64,000 nucleotides of DNA from Bacteroidaceae bacterium (GCA_045640065.1 JAZUEH010000119.1:19075-83074); one strand, 5' to 3'. Counted from the stretch's first letter, positions 37,260 to 48,214 are shown. Notes: generated by a model from the sequence alone, not told the origin. Program-made: numbers and translations.

Positions 37260-39182
37260 ATGGATAACATGAACGGGAAAAAGCTGCTTGACGGCATTGA
37301 CAACCCCGATGATCTGAAGAAGCTGGGAACCGGCCAGTTACCACAATTGTGCTCCGAACTTCGACAGATGCTCATTGACGAATTGTCCACAAATCCCGGA
37401 CATTTCGGGTCAAGCCTGGGAACTGTCGAACTGACTGTGGCTCTCCATTATGTTTTCAACACTCCGCAGGACCGCATTGTCTGGGACGTAGGTCATCAGG
37501 CATACGCACATAAGATACTTACAGGAAGAAAGGAAAATTTCCATACCAACCGCAAACTCGGGGGGCTCAAGCCGTTCCCATCACCCGATGAAAGCCCGTA
37601 TGACAGTTTCACCTCCGGACATGCATCGAACTCCATCTCAGCAGCTCTGGGCATGGCCGTAGCAATAGGGCGCAGCAATCACCCCGAAAGACGCACTGTT
37701 GCTGTGATCGGTGACGGTGCCATGAGCGGTGGACTTGCATTCGAAGGTCTGAACAATGCCTCAAGCAACAGCAATGACCTGCTCATCATTTTGAATGACA
37801 ACAATATGAGCATCTCAAAGAGTGTCGGTGGCATGCGCAGTTACCTGACACATCTGCAAACCTCACGCCCATATAACACATTCCGCTATCTGGCTTCTAG
37901 AGTGCTGTACCGTCTTGGACTGATGAACGAAGAAAGACGACGCAAAATCATCCGGCGTAACAATCGCCTCAAAATCAAGTGGTCACACCAGAGCAATGTG
38001 TTTGAAGGAATGGATGTGCGCTATTTCGGACCGGTTGACGGGCACAACGTGCAGAATCTGGTACGAATTCTAAGCAACATCAAGAACATGCACGGACCTA
38101 AGTTGCTTCATATCATTACGGTAAAGGGGAAAGGCTACAAGCCTGCAGAAACCGATTCTGAGATATGGCATGCCCCAGGTCTGTTCGATAAGAATACCGG
38201 ACAACGTCTGCAGAGGAACGCAGCCGGTCTACCGCCATTGTTCCAGGATGTTTTCGGAAATACGTTGCTTGAACTTATGAAGGAGAACAGCCGTATTGTC
38301 GGCATAACTCCTGCAATGCCATTAGGTTGCAGTATGGACATTCCCATGAAGGAGTTTCCCAACCGTTGTTTCGATGTCGGAATTGCCGAAGGACACGCCA
38401 TGACATTCGCCGGCGGTCTTGCAGCCGAAGGCATGCTTCCGTTCTGTAACATCTATTCGTCATTCATGCAACGCGCTTACGATAACGTGATTCATGACAT
38501 AGCCATTCAGAAACTGAATGCCGTAATCTGCCTTGACCGCGCCGGACTGGTCGGTGAAGACGGTCCCACCCATCATGGAGCTTTCGATCTTGCATTTCTG
38601 CGTCCCATACCAAATCTTACCATCTCATCTCCATTCGATGAAGCGGAACTGAGGAATCTCATGTACACGGCACAATTACCGGGACAGGGACCGTTTGTAA
38701 TCCGATATCCCCGTGGCCGCGGTGTACTGGCAGACTGGCATAGACCAATGGAACCTATTGTAGTAGGAACAGGACGTACGATAAAGAATGGTAATGATGT
38801 CGCGGTTCTGTCAATAGGACCTATAGGAAACATTGCCATGGAAGCCATAGAAGAATGGGAAGAAAAAAATGACAGCAGACTATCCGCTGCTCTATTCGAC
38901 ATGCGTTTTCTCAAGCCAATTGATACTGACATCCTGGAAAATGTAGCACATAACTTCAGTAATATCATAACCATCGAAAACGGATGCGTCACAGGCGGAC
39001 TTGGTTCTGCAGTTTCAGAATACATGACAGACAACGGTTTTTCCCCCCGCATAATCCGTTTGGGGTTGCCTGACCGGTTCATTGAACATGGCAGCACTCC
39101 ACAGCTTCTGCATATCTGCAGAATTGACAAAGAAGGCGTCATTGAAGCACTTGAAAGTCTCACTAAAAACATACGGCCATGA
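37260..39182 (+). CDS. dxs: 1-deoxy-D-xylulose-5-phosphate synthase
   Basis: [36 protein letters not shown] (ThDP motif), and transketolase-like middle and C-terminal domains. [11 protein letters not shown] is preferred over TTG 37239. Confidence 0.95.
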   Translation: MDNMNGKKLLDGIDNPDDLKKLGTGQLPQLCSELRQMLIDELSTNPGHFGSSLGTVELTVALHYVFNTPQDRIVWDVGHQAYAHKILTGRKENFHTNRKLGGLKPFPSPDESPYDSFTSGHASNSISAALGMAVAIGRSNHPERRTVAVIGDGAMSGGLAFEGLNNASSNSNDLLIILNDNNMSISKSVGGMRSYLTHLQTSRPYNTFRYLASRVLYRLGLMNEERRRKIIRRNNRLKIKWSHQSNVFEGMDVRYFGPVDGHNVQNLVRILSNIKNMHGPKLLHIITVKGKGYKPAETDSEIWHAPGLFDKNTGQRLQRNAAGLPPLFQDVFGNTLLELMKENSRIVGITPAMPLGCSMDIPMKEFPNRCFDVGIAEGHAMTFAGGLAAEGMLPFCNIYSSFMQRAYDNVIHDIAIQKLNAVICLDRAGLVGEDGPTHHGAFDLAFLRPIPNLTISSPFDEAELRNLMYTAQLPGQGPFVIRYPRGRGVLADWHRPMEPIVVGTGRTIKNGNDVAVLSIGPIGNIAMEAIEEWEEKNDSRLSAALFDMRFLKPIDTDILENVAHNFSNIITIENGCVTGGLGSAVSEYMTDNGFSPRIIRLGLPDRFIEHGSTPQLLHICRIDKEGVIEALESLTKNIRP

Positions 39183-40516
39183 AGATAGTCATAGCAGGAG
39201 CCGGCAATGTCGGCACCCATCTTGCGAAATTGCTTTCAGGTGAGAACCAGGACATAACCCTTCTGGACGACAGCGAAGACAGACTTAGCCAGATGGGGTC
39301 CAGTTTTGACCTGCTGACCATACAGGAATCACCCGTTTCAATAATGGGACTGAAAGAGGCAGGTGCCGGTAGTGCAGACCTGTTCGTTGCCGTCACACCC
39401 GATGAGAGCCGCAATCTGGTTGCATGCCAGTTGGCACATTCTCTTGGCGCAAAAAAGACATTGGCCAGAATAGATAACTACGAATATCTGCAGCCCAAGA
39501 ATATGGAATTGTTCCAAAAGACCGGAATAGACTCGCTTATATACCCGGAGATGCTTGCAGCCAGAGATATCGTAGCCGGCATGAAAGTCAGTTGGATTCG
39601 TCAATGGTGGGAATTTGCTGGAGGAGCACTGGTCATGATGGGCGTGAAGATTCGCGAGGGCGCAGAAATCCTCAACCGTCCGCTGAACACACTGGGACCA
39701 GACCAGCCGTTCCATATTGTAGCCATAATGCGCGAGGAAAGAACTATCATCCCAAATGGAAATGACAGCATCCTGGCAGGCGACCTTGTCTATTTCATGA
39801 CGATGAAGAAGCATATTGCCCACATTCGCCGCATAGCTGGAAAGCAGGAACTCCCCGATATTCGGGATGTCATAATTATGGGAGGTAGCCGCATAGCGGT
39901 ACGTGCAGCCCAACTTGTACCTGACTACATCAACCTCAAAATCATTGAGAGTGACCTGGCCCGATGTCATCGTCTCACAGAACTGGTTGACAGCCGCGTA
40001 ATGATAATAAACGGAGACGGTCGCGACCCGAGTCTTCTTCAGAGCGAGGGTATTTCGCATACGGAAGCATTTGTAGCCCTTACTGACAATTCAGAAACTA
40101 ATATTCTCGCCTGTCTGGCCGCAAAAAGGTTCGGAGTTACCAAAACCATAGCTGAGGTTGAAAACATCGATTACATCAACATGGCCGAACGCCTTGACAT
40201 CGGCACCGTAATCAACAAGAAAAAGATTGCAGCCAGCCACATCTACCAGATGATGCTGGATGCCGATGTCACAAACGTCAAGTGCCTGACGTTCGCAAAT
40301 GCCGATGTGGCCGAATTCAATGTCATGGAGGGAGCCCGTATCACACGCTATCCCATAAAGGACATCTCCTTGCCAAAGGGAGTCACAATAGGCGGACTTA
40401 TCCGCAACGGCGAAGCCATTCTGGTAACCGGCAACACACAGATACAGAGAGAAGACCATGTTGTGGTTTTCTGCCTTGAAGGAATGATCAAAACCATAGA
40501 AAGGTATTTCAATTGA
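39179..40516 (+). CDS. trkA: Trk potassium uptake system protein TrkA (two RCK/NAD-binding modules)
   Basis: [19 protein letters not shown] Rossmann motif, and a second module [14 protein letters not shown]. The ATGA overlaps the dxs stop. Confidence 0.92.
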   Translation: MKIVIAGAGNVGTHLAKLLSGENQDITLLDDSEDRLSQMGSSFDLLTIQESPVSIMGLKEAGAGSADLFVAVTPDESRNLVACQLAHSLGAKKTLARIDNYEYLQPKNMELFQKTGIDSLIYPEMLAARDIVAGMKVSWIRQWWEFAGGALVMMGVKIREGAEILNRPLNTLGPDQPFHIVAIMREERTIIPNGNDSILAGDLVYFMTMKKHIAHIRRIAGKQELPDIRDVIIMGGSRIAVRAAQLVPDYINLKIIESDLARCHRLTELVDSRVMIINGDGRDPSLLQSEGISHTEAFVALTDNSETNILACLAAKRFGVTKTIAEVENIDYINMAERLDIGTVINKKKIAASHIYQMMLDADVTNVKCLTFANADVAEFNVMEGARITRYPIKDISLPKGVTIGGLIRNGEAILVTGNTQIQREDHVVVFCLEGMIKTIERYFN

Positions 40517-41976
40517 TACACCCGAAGATCATAAGCCGCATAATTGGAGTTCTTCTTCTGATTGAAGCAGGACTGATGCTTCTATGCGGTCTTATGCCCT
40601 TATTTATGCGCGAAGACGACCTTTTCGCGTTCATAGCCTCAGCTCTCATTGCAGGAGTGGCAGGCATGAGCATGCTGCTTTTCGGAAAGAAGGCACGGCA
40701 TGAGGAAAACATCATGACACGAAGGGACGGCTATATCGTGGTTGCCATCACCTGGGTGGTCTTTTCTGTATTCGGTTGCATGCCGTACTTTCTATCCAGA
40801 TACATACCGTCCTTTACCGACGCCTATTTCGAGACCATGTCCGGCTTTTCCACAACCGGTTCGACCATAATCCCCGATGTTGAAATCATTCCTCACGGAC
40901 TACTGTTCTGGCGCAGTCTGACCCAATGGATAGGCGGTCTGGGTATCGTGTTCTTTACAGTAGCAGTGTTACCTATCTTCGGCGTTGGCGAAGTCCAGCT
41001 GTTCGCTGCCGAAGCAACCGGACCGGCAAGAAACAAACTCCACCCCAGAATCAGCGTCAGCGGCCGCTGGATTCTCACAGTCTACCTGCTAATTACCGCC
41101 AGTTGCGCAGCTTGTCTGAAACTATGTGGAATGGGACTGTTCGACAGCGTAAATCACGCCCTTTGCACCGCAGCAACAGGAGGATTCTCAACTAGAAACG
41201 CCAGCATAGCATACTACGCTTCGCCCACCATAGAATATGTAATCACACTGTTCATGTTCCTGTCAGGAATAAACTACGGCCTCATTTTTTTCGTAGCATT
41301 CAAGGGACGAGTTTCGAAAATCTTCACAGACACTGAATTCCAATGGTATCTGTCAATAATCCTGATCTTTTCTCTTATTGTCGGAGCAGGACTGTTTTTA
41401 GGAACACCTAATAATGTCGGTGATTCCATACGAAATGCTGTTTTCCATGTGGTATCAATCATCACGACGACCGGATTCACCATAACGGACTATACCACAT
41501 GGCCTCCATTCATCTGGATGATTCTAGGTCTATGCATGTATGCTGGCGGTTGTGGCGGATCAACATCGGGAGGTATCAAGTCCATCAGAATTGCCATTCT
41601 GGCCAAATCAATGAGAAATGAAGTAAATCGCATACTGCATCCCAATGCCGTATTGCCTGTCCGCATAAACGGCAAAGTCATTTCCCCACAGGCACGTCAG
41701 AGCGTACTCACGTTCTTCATCTTCTTCCTGGCATTGGTCTTCTTCGGATGGTTCTTCTACATTGCCATCGGACTTGACATTACTGACGCATACGGAACGT
41801 CCATCTCATGTCTGAGCAACGTAGGACTGACAATAGGATATCACGGATGCAACATTCCGTGGGACAATATGCCGGCCATTGGAAAATGGTTCTCAACCCT
41901 GCTCATGCTGGTCGGCCGACTTGAGGTCTTTGCCGTTCTGCTTCTGTTCTCCCCCTCGTTCTGGAAACGATACTAA
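40513..41976 (+). CDS. trkH: Trk-type potassium transporter membrane subunit TrkH
   Basis: 487 aa polytopic protein with GFSTTG / TGGFST selectivity-filter-like motifs. The TTG start overlaps the trkA TGA (TTGA). The conserved N-terminus IISRIIGVLLLIEAG supports the non-ATG start. Confidence 0.9.
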   Translation: MIHPKIISRIIGVLLLIEAGLMLLCGLMPLFMREDDLFAFIASALIAGVAGMSMLLFGKKARHEENIMTRRDGYIVVAITWVVFSVFGCMPYFLSRYIPSFTDAYFETMSGFSTTGSTIIPDVEIIPHGLLFWRSLTQWIGGLGIVFFTVAVLPIFGVGEVQLFAAEATGPARNKLHPRISVSGRWILTVYLLITASCAACLKLCGMGLFDSVNHALCTAATGGFSTRNASIAYYASPTIEYVITLFMFLSGINYGLIFFVAFKGRVSKIFTDTEFQWYLSIILIFSLIVGAGLFLGTPNNVGDSIRNAVFHVVSIITTTGFTITDYTTWPPFIWMILGLCMYAGGCGGSTSGGIKSIRIAILAKSMRNEVNRILHPNAVLPVRINGKVISPQARQSVLTFFIFFLALVFFGWFFYIAIGLDITDAYGTSISCLSNVGLTIGYHGCNIPWDNMPAIGKWFSTLLMLVGRLEVFAVLLLFSPSFWKRY

Positions 41977-42957
41977 CAGGTCTCTGAGATCCTTCTGCAT
42001 CATGGCATACATGGGGCAGTCACGGTAATGTGTATTCTTTCTCAAGGCTTCCAGAATATCCATCTGGCTGTGACGATACGCACTCAGCTCGTTCTGGTAC
42101 TGCTGCTCATGGCGGGCCATGTGACGTATGTCATTCTCACGTTCCTGACGAAGACTGGTACAGATGGGATCAAGTACCTTCATTATGACATTCTCGACCA
42201 GGTGATGCCCTTGAATGAACAAATAACAGTTTTGCGGAGTAACCCCCTTGAAGACAAGCTGTTTCATAAGTTCCTCAACCTTTTCAATTGCATCGGGCAT
42301 TTCCTGTTCAAAGTTTTTCACCTTGCGTACACAACGGTCAGCGAGAGACTGCAGAATCTTGACAGGATGCTTAATATCCACTTTTCCAAGACGAATGTCC
42401 ATATTCAGATCCTGCATGCTGTATTCCGAATGGCGACGGCTGCGGTAGAACCACACATTCCAGACAAAGAGCGGCCATACAGCTTTTGAGTACATCTCCA
42501 TAAACGCCTCCATGTCAAGCGGTTCACGGTCATTAAGTGTACACTGCACACAAATCTGATGCAGGCTGCGGGCCCAGCACTGATAATTTTCAATGGCATA
42601 AGTATAGGTCTGGATAACGTATGGATTATTGTTGACCTGACGTGAAGTTTCGGTTATGTCATCCAGAAGCCAGTCATAGTCGCTGTCCACGCATGCAATC
42701 ATGTGAGTTCCAAGACTGTTCTGTCCCAGACAGGAACTCAATGCAGGTTTCTTGCCTTTAGTCAGTCCACTCTTGGTTGGAAGCAATATCTGAAAATAAT
42801 GTTCTGGGGTCTCAAACTCATCAAGCAGCACACGCCAGAAGGACACATCGTCATAACTCTCCACGTAAGCTATGATACGTCCGCGACGACTGCCCGGAAG
42901 CAGACGGTCAGCCGCCTCCAGATACTTGGAATTGACGTTGTCCAGCAGTTTGTTCAT
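41893..42957 (-). CDS. DUF4435 / OLD-type Toprim-domain protein (AriB-like candidate effector)
   Basis: 354 aa with an acidic Toprim-like YVESYDD near the N-terminus and the DxD motif CVDSDYD. The start overlaps the stop of the upstream ATPase (ATGA). The last 28 codons overlap the trkH 3' end on the opposite strand. Confidence 0.7.
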   Translation of the reverse strand: MNKLLDNVNSKYLEAADRLLPGSRRGRIIAYVESYDDVSFWRVLLDEFETPEHYFQILLPTKSGLTKGKKPALSSCLGQNSLGTHMIACVDSDYDWLLDDITETSRQVNNNPYVIQTYTYAIENYQCWARSLHQICVQCTLNDREPLDMEAFMEMYSKAVWPLFVWNVWFYRSRRHSEYSMQDLNMDIRLGKVDIKHPVKILQSLADRCVRKVKNFEQEMPDAIEKVEELMKQLVFKGVTPQNCYLFIQGHHLVENVIMKVLDPICTSLRQERENDIRHMARHEQQYQNELSAYRHSQMDILEALRKNTHYRDCPMYAMMQKDLRDLLVSFPERGGEQKQNGKDLKSADQHEQG

Positions 42958-43775
42958 CGGACTGTTATTTCATCGACATCACATACGCAATCCATCCAGC
43001 CGTCCATGATGAGCGCCGGAGAATGTGTTGTCATGATTATCTGGGCATTGGGATTCAACTGACGCACACGGTTCAACAGTTGCTGCTGCCATTCAATGTG
43101 CAATGATATCTCAGGTTCATCCATGAGCAGGATACACGGTTTCATGTCCTGGACAAGCATTGTCAGCATAATGACCAACAGCTGCTTTTCGCCCGATGAC
43201 AGGCTGTATGGAAGCAGAGTCATCCCAAACTGGTCGAAACATATCTCGTTGCTGGTGCGGACAATCTTCTTGCCGGTATCCTGGAACAGTTCATCCATAC
43301 AGTCCATGAACTGGACCCTTGGCATGGAAACATGCTGTGCCTCGGCCATGCTCTCGGGAGTACCCTGTGTAAGCAGCTGTATTGTACGGTTTCCTATATT
43401 GACCTGATAGTCAAGATAACGGCGCTGCAGTTTGTACAGCTGCCAGTCAAGTTCCGACACGACATTGCTGTCAGACATCTTTTCAAGCAATGTGGAATGC
43501 ATCATAGGACGGTCAATACTGCGGATCACATCATAGCTGAATGCGTTTGCCCCAGCCGGTTCAAATTCTATAGTGACTTCAGGAACCGGTTCATCGGACT
43601 CTCCTGAAATAAAGTCCAAGGCAGCGACGGTTCTGTTCAGAATAGTACTCTTGCCTGTACCATTCACACCGCTCAGAATATTGACATCGGGACGCAGATT
43701 CCAGAGAATGTGTTTGCGACCCCAAAGCGATTTGATTTCAATGCTTTTGATTCCTGTTGCTGTAATGTTGTCCAT
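42954..43775 (-). CDS. Compact ABC-type (AAA_21-like) ATPase (AriA-like candidate sensor)
   Basis: 273 aa with Walker A GVNGTGKST, ABC signature LSSGEKQLL, Walker B ILLMDEPEISLH and H-loop TTHSP. Confidence 0.75.
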   Translation of the reverse strand: MDNITATGIKSIEIKSLWGRKHILWNLRPDVNILSGVNGTGKSTILNRTVAALDFISGESDEPVPEVTIEFEPAGANAFSYDVIRSIDRPMMHSTLLEKMSDSNVVSELDWQLYKLQRRYLDYQVNIGNRTIQLLTQGTPESMAEAQHVSMPRVQFMDCMDELFQDTGKKIVRTSNEICFDQFGMTLLPYSLSSGEKQLLVIMLTMLVQDMKPCILLMDEPEISLHIEWQQQLLNRVRQLNPNAQIIMTTHSPALIMDGWMDCVCDVDEITVR

Positions 43776-43801
43776 ATCGAAAAATTGATGCTTCAGTCCA
43801 A

Positions 43802-44878
43802 TTATATTTCAAGTCCGTCAAGAAGAGCCATGTAAGCGGGAACGGCAGCTTCAAGTTCTTCAAGACGGATGTATTCACCTGCAGTATGCGAACGCGCAGA
43901 ATCTCCAGGGCCCATTTTGAATGAAGGACAAGACAACACTGCCTGGTCTGACAATGTGGGTGACCCGTACGGTTCAAGTCCAAGTGACACGGCTTTCCTG
44001 ACTATCGGATGTTCAGGATCCAGCCGTGAAGAATTCAGGTTGAAGGAACGGGCCCGCATATGACACCATTCCGGGAGACTTGCTCCCACCATTTCAAAAA
44101 TGCGGTTATTTGAATACAACTCATTGCTGCGTACATCAGCAGTAAATGTGCAGGTATCGGGAATCACATTATGCTGGGTTCCGGCATGTACCATGGTAAC
44201 CGTCATCCTGACCGGTCCAAGGAACGGAGAATCCTGTTCGAATCTGAAATCACGGAGCATTGAAATCACATCCATGGCACGGTAAAGAGCATTGATTCCT
44301 TCTGCACGCGCAGCATGACCGGCCTTGCCCTCTACCGTAAAGTCAAGGACCATAAGACCCTTTTCTGCAATTGCCGGCTGCATACCGGTAGGCTCACCTA
44401 TCAGAGCCACCTCAATCTCGGGCAGGTGGGTGAATACCATCTTCATGCCACCATCACCGTTAACTTCCTCCTGCGCTGTCGCAAGAAATATCGGATTGTA
44501 CTTCTGACCGTATGAATCAAGAAGATAAAACGTATGCATGAGTGACACAAGACTTGCGCCGGCATCATTACTGCCCAGTCCTATCAGACGACCATCTTCA
44601 ACAAGAGGCATGAAAGGGTCTGTCTGCCATCCCTGAACAGGCTTGACGGTATCCATATGACTGTTAAGCAGCAGATTGGGTTTTGACGGATTGTAATGAT
44701 GTCCCCGAGCCATAAGGTTCAGCCCTATCTGTGTCGGTTCATATCCGTGTGCACGCAGGTCGGCCAGGACAAGTTCGGAAACAGCCTGCTCGCTGCGACT
44801 GGGAGAAGGCTGTGCAATAAGTCTTTTCAGCAGACTCAGTGACTCTTCAAAATGCTCCTTATATGTTGCCATTGTCAA
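43802..44878 (-). CDS. M20-family metallopeptidase (ArgE/DapE-like deacylase)
   Basis: 358 aa with HMDTV, GSNDAGASLVS and IGEPTG blocks typical of acetylornithine deacetylase / succinyl-DAP desuccinylase relatives. Confidence 0.75.
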   Translation of the reverse strand: MTMATYKEHFEESLSLLKRLIAQPSPSRSEQAVSELVLADLRAHGYEPTQIGLNLMARGHHYNPSKPNLLLNSHMDTVKPVQGWQTDPFMPLVEDGRLIGLGSNDAGASLVSLMHTFYLLDSYGQKYNPIFLATAQEEVNGDGGMKMVFTHLPEIEVALIGEPTGMQPAIAEKGLMVLDFTVEGKAGHAARAEGINALYRAMDVISMLRDFRFEQDSPFLGPVRMTVTMVHAGTQHNVIPDTCTFTADVRSNELYSNNRIFEMVGASLPEWCHMRARSFNLNSSRLDPEHPIVRKAVSLGLEPYGSPTLSDQAVLSCPSFKMGPGDSARSHTAGEYIRLEELEAAVPAYMALLDGLEI

Positions 44879-44880
44879 AA

Positions 44881-46131
44881 TCAGGGAATAAGAATTGATG
44901 AATCACCATAACTCAGGAAACGGAATCCGTTTGCCAGCGCATAATCGTAAATACGTTTCCAGTCACCTTTCAGGAATGCCGACACCAACAGCAGGAGAGT
45001 ACTCTGAGGCTGATGGAAATTCGTCACCATAGTACTGACAATATGGTATTCATATCCTGGAGCAATAATAATGCGTGTGCTCGTTTTCAAGGCATCCAGA
45101 CCGTGACTGTCCAAATACCGGACAATACTTTCAAGGGCCTCGACACTGCTCATTGATGGACTGGTCTCATATGGAGTCCACTGCTCGACCTGCATGTCCT
45201 CGGGTGTCGCATCGGGATGGGTGCTCAAATAAACACCGATGTAATACAGGCTCTCAAGTGTACGGACCGATGTCGTTCCGACAGCAATGGCTTTTCCACC
45301 ATGCGCCATGAGACGTTCAATGGTGGTGCGCCTGACGGAAATGAATTCCGTATGCATCTCGTGTCCGCTTATCTCGCTGGTCTTGACAGGGCGGAACGTC
45401 CCGGCACCAACGTGGAGAGTCACCTCTTCGCGTTCGATTCCGTGTGCTTCAATGTCCGCAAGTACCCGCTCTGTAAAATGAAGTCCTGCTGTCGGGGCAG
45501 CCACACTACCCTTTATCTTGGAATAGACAGTCTGATATGTCTGACGGTCACTCTCCTGCGATTCACGGTTCAGATAAGGAGGAATGGGTATCTCGCCAAC
45601 ACTTTCCAGCAACTGTGCGAAACTCATGCCGCCGGTCCATTCGAAATCCACACGGTATCCGCTACCGTGCTGAGGACCGCGTCTGGCAGTGAGCACATAC
45701 TCGTTTCCTTCATGCCGGATAGTCTGTGAAAGGACAGGAGTATCATCTTTCCAACGTTTCAGATTACCGATCATACAATACCAGCTGCAATGGTCCGAAC
45801 AGGTAAAGTTCACCTGATAGTCCGATGGAATGGCAGGTTCAAGAAGGAAAACCTCTATAAGTGCCCCCTGTGATTTCGGTCCTCCGGTCGCCTGCTTGCG
45901 GAAATGCAGACGCGCCTGAATGACACGCGTGTTATTGAACACCATGAGCGCACCTTCCGGCAAATAGCCGGTAATCGAACGGAAAGTATCTTGAGAGATA
46001 TCGCCATGCCGGTAAATGAGAAGTTTGGAACTGTCCCTTTCCGGCAGTGGGAATTTTGCAATCCTGTCATCGGGCAGGTCATATGCAAAATCGGCGATTC
46101 TGATATGTTGTACCTTTTCCAGAAGATTCAT
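44881..46131 (-). CDS. queA: S-adenosylmethionine:tRNA ribosyltransferase-isomerase
   Basis: FAYDLPDDRIAKFPL, VAAPTAGLHFT, TLHVGAGTFRPV and VGTTSVRTLES. ATG at 46131 (MNLLEK) is preferred. An upstream ATG at 46170 would make an ATGA overlap with comF but adds a non-QueA hydrophobic extension. Confidence 0.92.
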   Translation of the reverse strand: MNLLEKVQHIRIADFAYDLPDDRIAKFPLPERDSSKLLIYRHGDISQDTFRSITGYLPEGALMVFNNTRVIQARLHFRKQATGGPKSQGALIEVFLLEPAIPSDYQVNFTCSDHCSWYCMIGNLKRWKDDTPVLSQTIRHEGNEYVLTARRGPQHGSGYRVDFEWTGGMSFAQLLESVGEIPIPPYLNRESQESDRQTYQTVYSKIKGSVAAPTAGLHFTERVLADIEAHGIEREEVTLHVGAGTFRPVKTSEISGHEMHTEFISVRRTTIERLMAHGGKAIAVGTTSVRTLESLYYIGVYLSTHPDATPEDMQVEQWTPYETSPSMSSVEALESIVRYLDSHGLDALKTSTRIIIAPGYEYHIVSTMVTNFHQPQSTLLLLVSAFLKGDWKRIYDYALANGFRFLSYGDSSILIP

Positions 46132-46166
46132 GGGGGTAAAGATAATCAATAATACGATACCTGGAA

Positions 46167-46862
46167 TCATTGTCCGGCAATAGCAAGTGTAAAGACACTC
46201 ACTTTGGCATCGGGAACAGACTCATGAATGGACGACATTACTGAACATATGGTCGCACCCGTTGTCATGACGTCATCGACCAGAAGCAGATGCTTGCCGT
46301 TCAGACATTCAGGACGGGCCACATTGTATAATCCGCTTGCATTTTTCCACCGCTGGAAACGTCCCAGACCGGCCTGTCTGGATTTTCCGCGTTCACGTGT
46401 AAGAATATCCTCAAATACAGGAAGTCCGGTAACCTTTCTTATGCCGAAAGCTATATACGAACATTGGTTATAACCACGATGACGACGTTTGCGTTTGGAC
46501 AACGGTACCGGAACAATGAGATCTATTCCATCAAAGAATCCCTTGTCATTCAACCTCTGAGCACCGATTTCCGACAGCCAGACACCTACATCCGGATGTC
46601 CGTGATACTTGAGATGGTAAATGATTTTCCTGTAATTGCTCTCCTTCTCATACTGCATGACCGATGCCGCACGAACGAACCCGGGTTCTGCCGCAAGAAT
46701 CCGTTCCGCCGGACTCAGTTCGCCCTGACCGTCCCATTCAATGAACGGCATTCTGGCATAACATCCCATGCACACATGTTCCTCTCCGACAGTCAGCCTT
46801 TCGCCGCAGACCTTGCAGTAGCGCGGCATGAAGAAATCATATAGTGATCTGAACAGTCTCAT
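46167..46862 (-). CDS. comF: ComF-family protein (double zinc ribbon plus phosphoribosyltransferase domain)
   Basis: N-terminal CKVCGERL...CMGC zinc ribbon and the PRTase motif LLLVDDVMTTGATI. Confidence 0.85.
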   Translation of the reverse strand: MRLFRSLYDFFMPRYCKVCGERLTVGEEHVCMGCYARMPFIEWDGQGELSPAERILAAEPGFVRAASVMQYEKESNYRKIIYHLKYHGHPDVGVWLSEIGAQRLNDKGFFDGIDLIVPVPLSKRKRRHRGYNQCSYIAFGIRKVTGLPVFEDILTRERGKSRQAGLGRFQRWKNASGLYNVARPECLNGKHLLLVDDVMTTGATICSVMSSIHESVPDAKVSVFTLAIAGQ

Positions 46863-46872
46863 ATTCTAATTA

Positions 46873-47358
46873 TCAATCATTGTCAACAATATCACAGTCA
46901 TTCAGTATACGTGCCACCAAGGACGGCTCAAATCCTTTTGCCGCCATGCTCCGGACGGTCTTGACGTTGCGTGTGCGTTCATCGGCAGCCTTTGTCCTTC
47001 TGAAGCAGTCACGGGTGAGTTTTTCAAGAACTTCCATATAAACCTCCATGTCGATGCCTTCTATCGCAGCAGCAATCACATCGGACTCAACATGCTTGAG
47101 TTTCAATGCCATGATGATCTTTCTGCGGCCCCAGTGGTCAAATCTCAGTTTGTCACTGACGAACGACCGGGCATAACGGCTGTCATCAACGAACGACTGG
47201 GCCTTGAGGCGCTCCAGAATCCTGTCCCGGTCATCAGCAGACACTCCGTGACGTTCCAGAAGATTGCGGACCTCCCATGCACAATGCTCGGCATCGGCAC
47301 AATAAGCCTGTGAGCGGACCAGTCCGGTCTCAAAATCCCATTCACTTATCCCCATCAC
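46873..47358 (-). CDS. recX: RecX family regulatory protein
   Basis: 161 aa with repeated three-helix modules and a FVDDSRYARSFVSDKLRFDHWGRRKI block typical of RecX. Confidence 0.8.
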   Translation of the reverse strand: MMGISEWDFETGLVRSQAYCADAEHCAWEVRNLLERHGVSADDRDRILERLKAQSFVDDSRYARSFVSDKLRFDHWGRRKIIMALKLKHVESDVIAAAIEGIDMEVYMEVLEKLTRDCFRRTKAADERTRNVKTVRSMAAKGFEPSLVARILNDCDIVDND

Positions 47359-47359
47359 T

Positions 47360-48214
47360 TCAGCTCTTTTGTCCGCCCGGCCAGCAAGCGCCCATCATGC
47401 GCCGTTTGCCGAAAATATCGTTTTTGATTTCAATGTCAGCGTACCCCATACCATCCAAAGATCCGGCAAGAGCATCAGCAGTCATCGGATTGATCTCAAA
47501 GAAAAGACGGCCGCCGCATTTAAGGGCATTCTGTCCGAAACGAGCAATGGAACGGTAAAACACAAGCGGATCGTTGTCAGGAACAAACAGGGCAAGAGAT
47601 GGTTCATAGTCCAGGACCGTCTTCTGAATCTCCTGTCTTTCCCTGTCAAGTACATACGGCGGATTGCTCACTATCACGTCATACTCACAGTCCGAACCCT
47701 GCTCGGTCAATATATCATGCAATGAGAATGTCACATCTGCATCATTAGCCTTTGCATTGTACGATGCCGTCTCCAAAGCTATCGGACTGATGTCCCAGGC
47801 ATCGACCTCCCAAGTGCGCAGACGGACAGCCAGCGATACGGCAATACAGCCGCTTCCTGTACCGATGTCCAGCATTCTGCCACGTCTTCCGGTACAGACA
47901 CTCTCAACCCATTCCACCAGTTGTGCAGTCTCCGGACGAGGTATGAGCACACCTGGGCCAACCTTGAAATCCATACCAAGGAAAGGAGCCGAACCCAAAA
48001 CATATTGAAGCGGTTCCCCTTTTGCAAGACGCTCCAAAGCGCTGTCAAGAAGCTCGTCTCTTGCCTTATCCGGAGACAGTTCTCTCTTAAGCCAGTAGTC
48101 CGATTCGCTCACCCCCAGCAGTTCCAGACACAGGGCTTTGGAAATGACATCAAGTTCAGACCTGTCATACAGATTCTGCAAGGTCTGACTGATACGGCCA
48201 AGAACGTTCCGCAT
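47360..48214 (-). CDS. prmC: Release factor glutamine N5-methyltransferase
   Basis: PRPETAQLV, LDIGTGSGCIA (SAM motif) and VSNPPYV (NPPY catalytic motif). Confidence 0.9.
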   Translation of the reverse strand: MRNVLGRISQTLQNLYDRSELDVISKALCLELLGVSESDYWLKRELSPDKARDELLDSALERLAKGEPLQYVLGSAPFLGMDFKVGPGVLIPRPETAQLVEWVESVCTGRRGRMLDIGTGSGCIAVSLAVRLRTWEVDAWDISPIALETASYNAKANDADVTFSLHDILTEQGSDCEYDVIVSNPPYVLDRERQEIQKTVLDYEPSLALFVPDNDPLVFYRSIARFGQNALKCGGRLFFEINPMTADALAGSLDGMGYADIEIKNDIFGKRRMMGACWPGGQKS

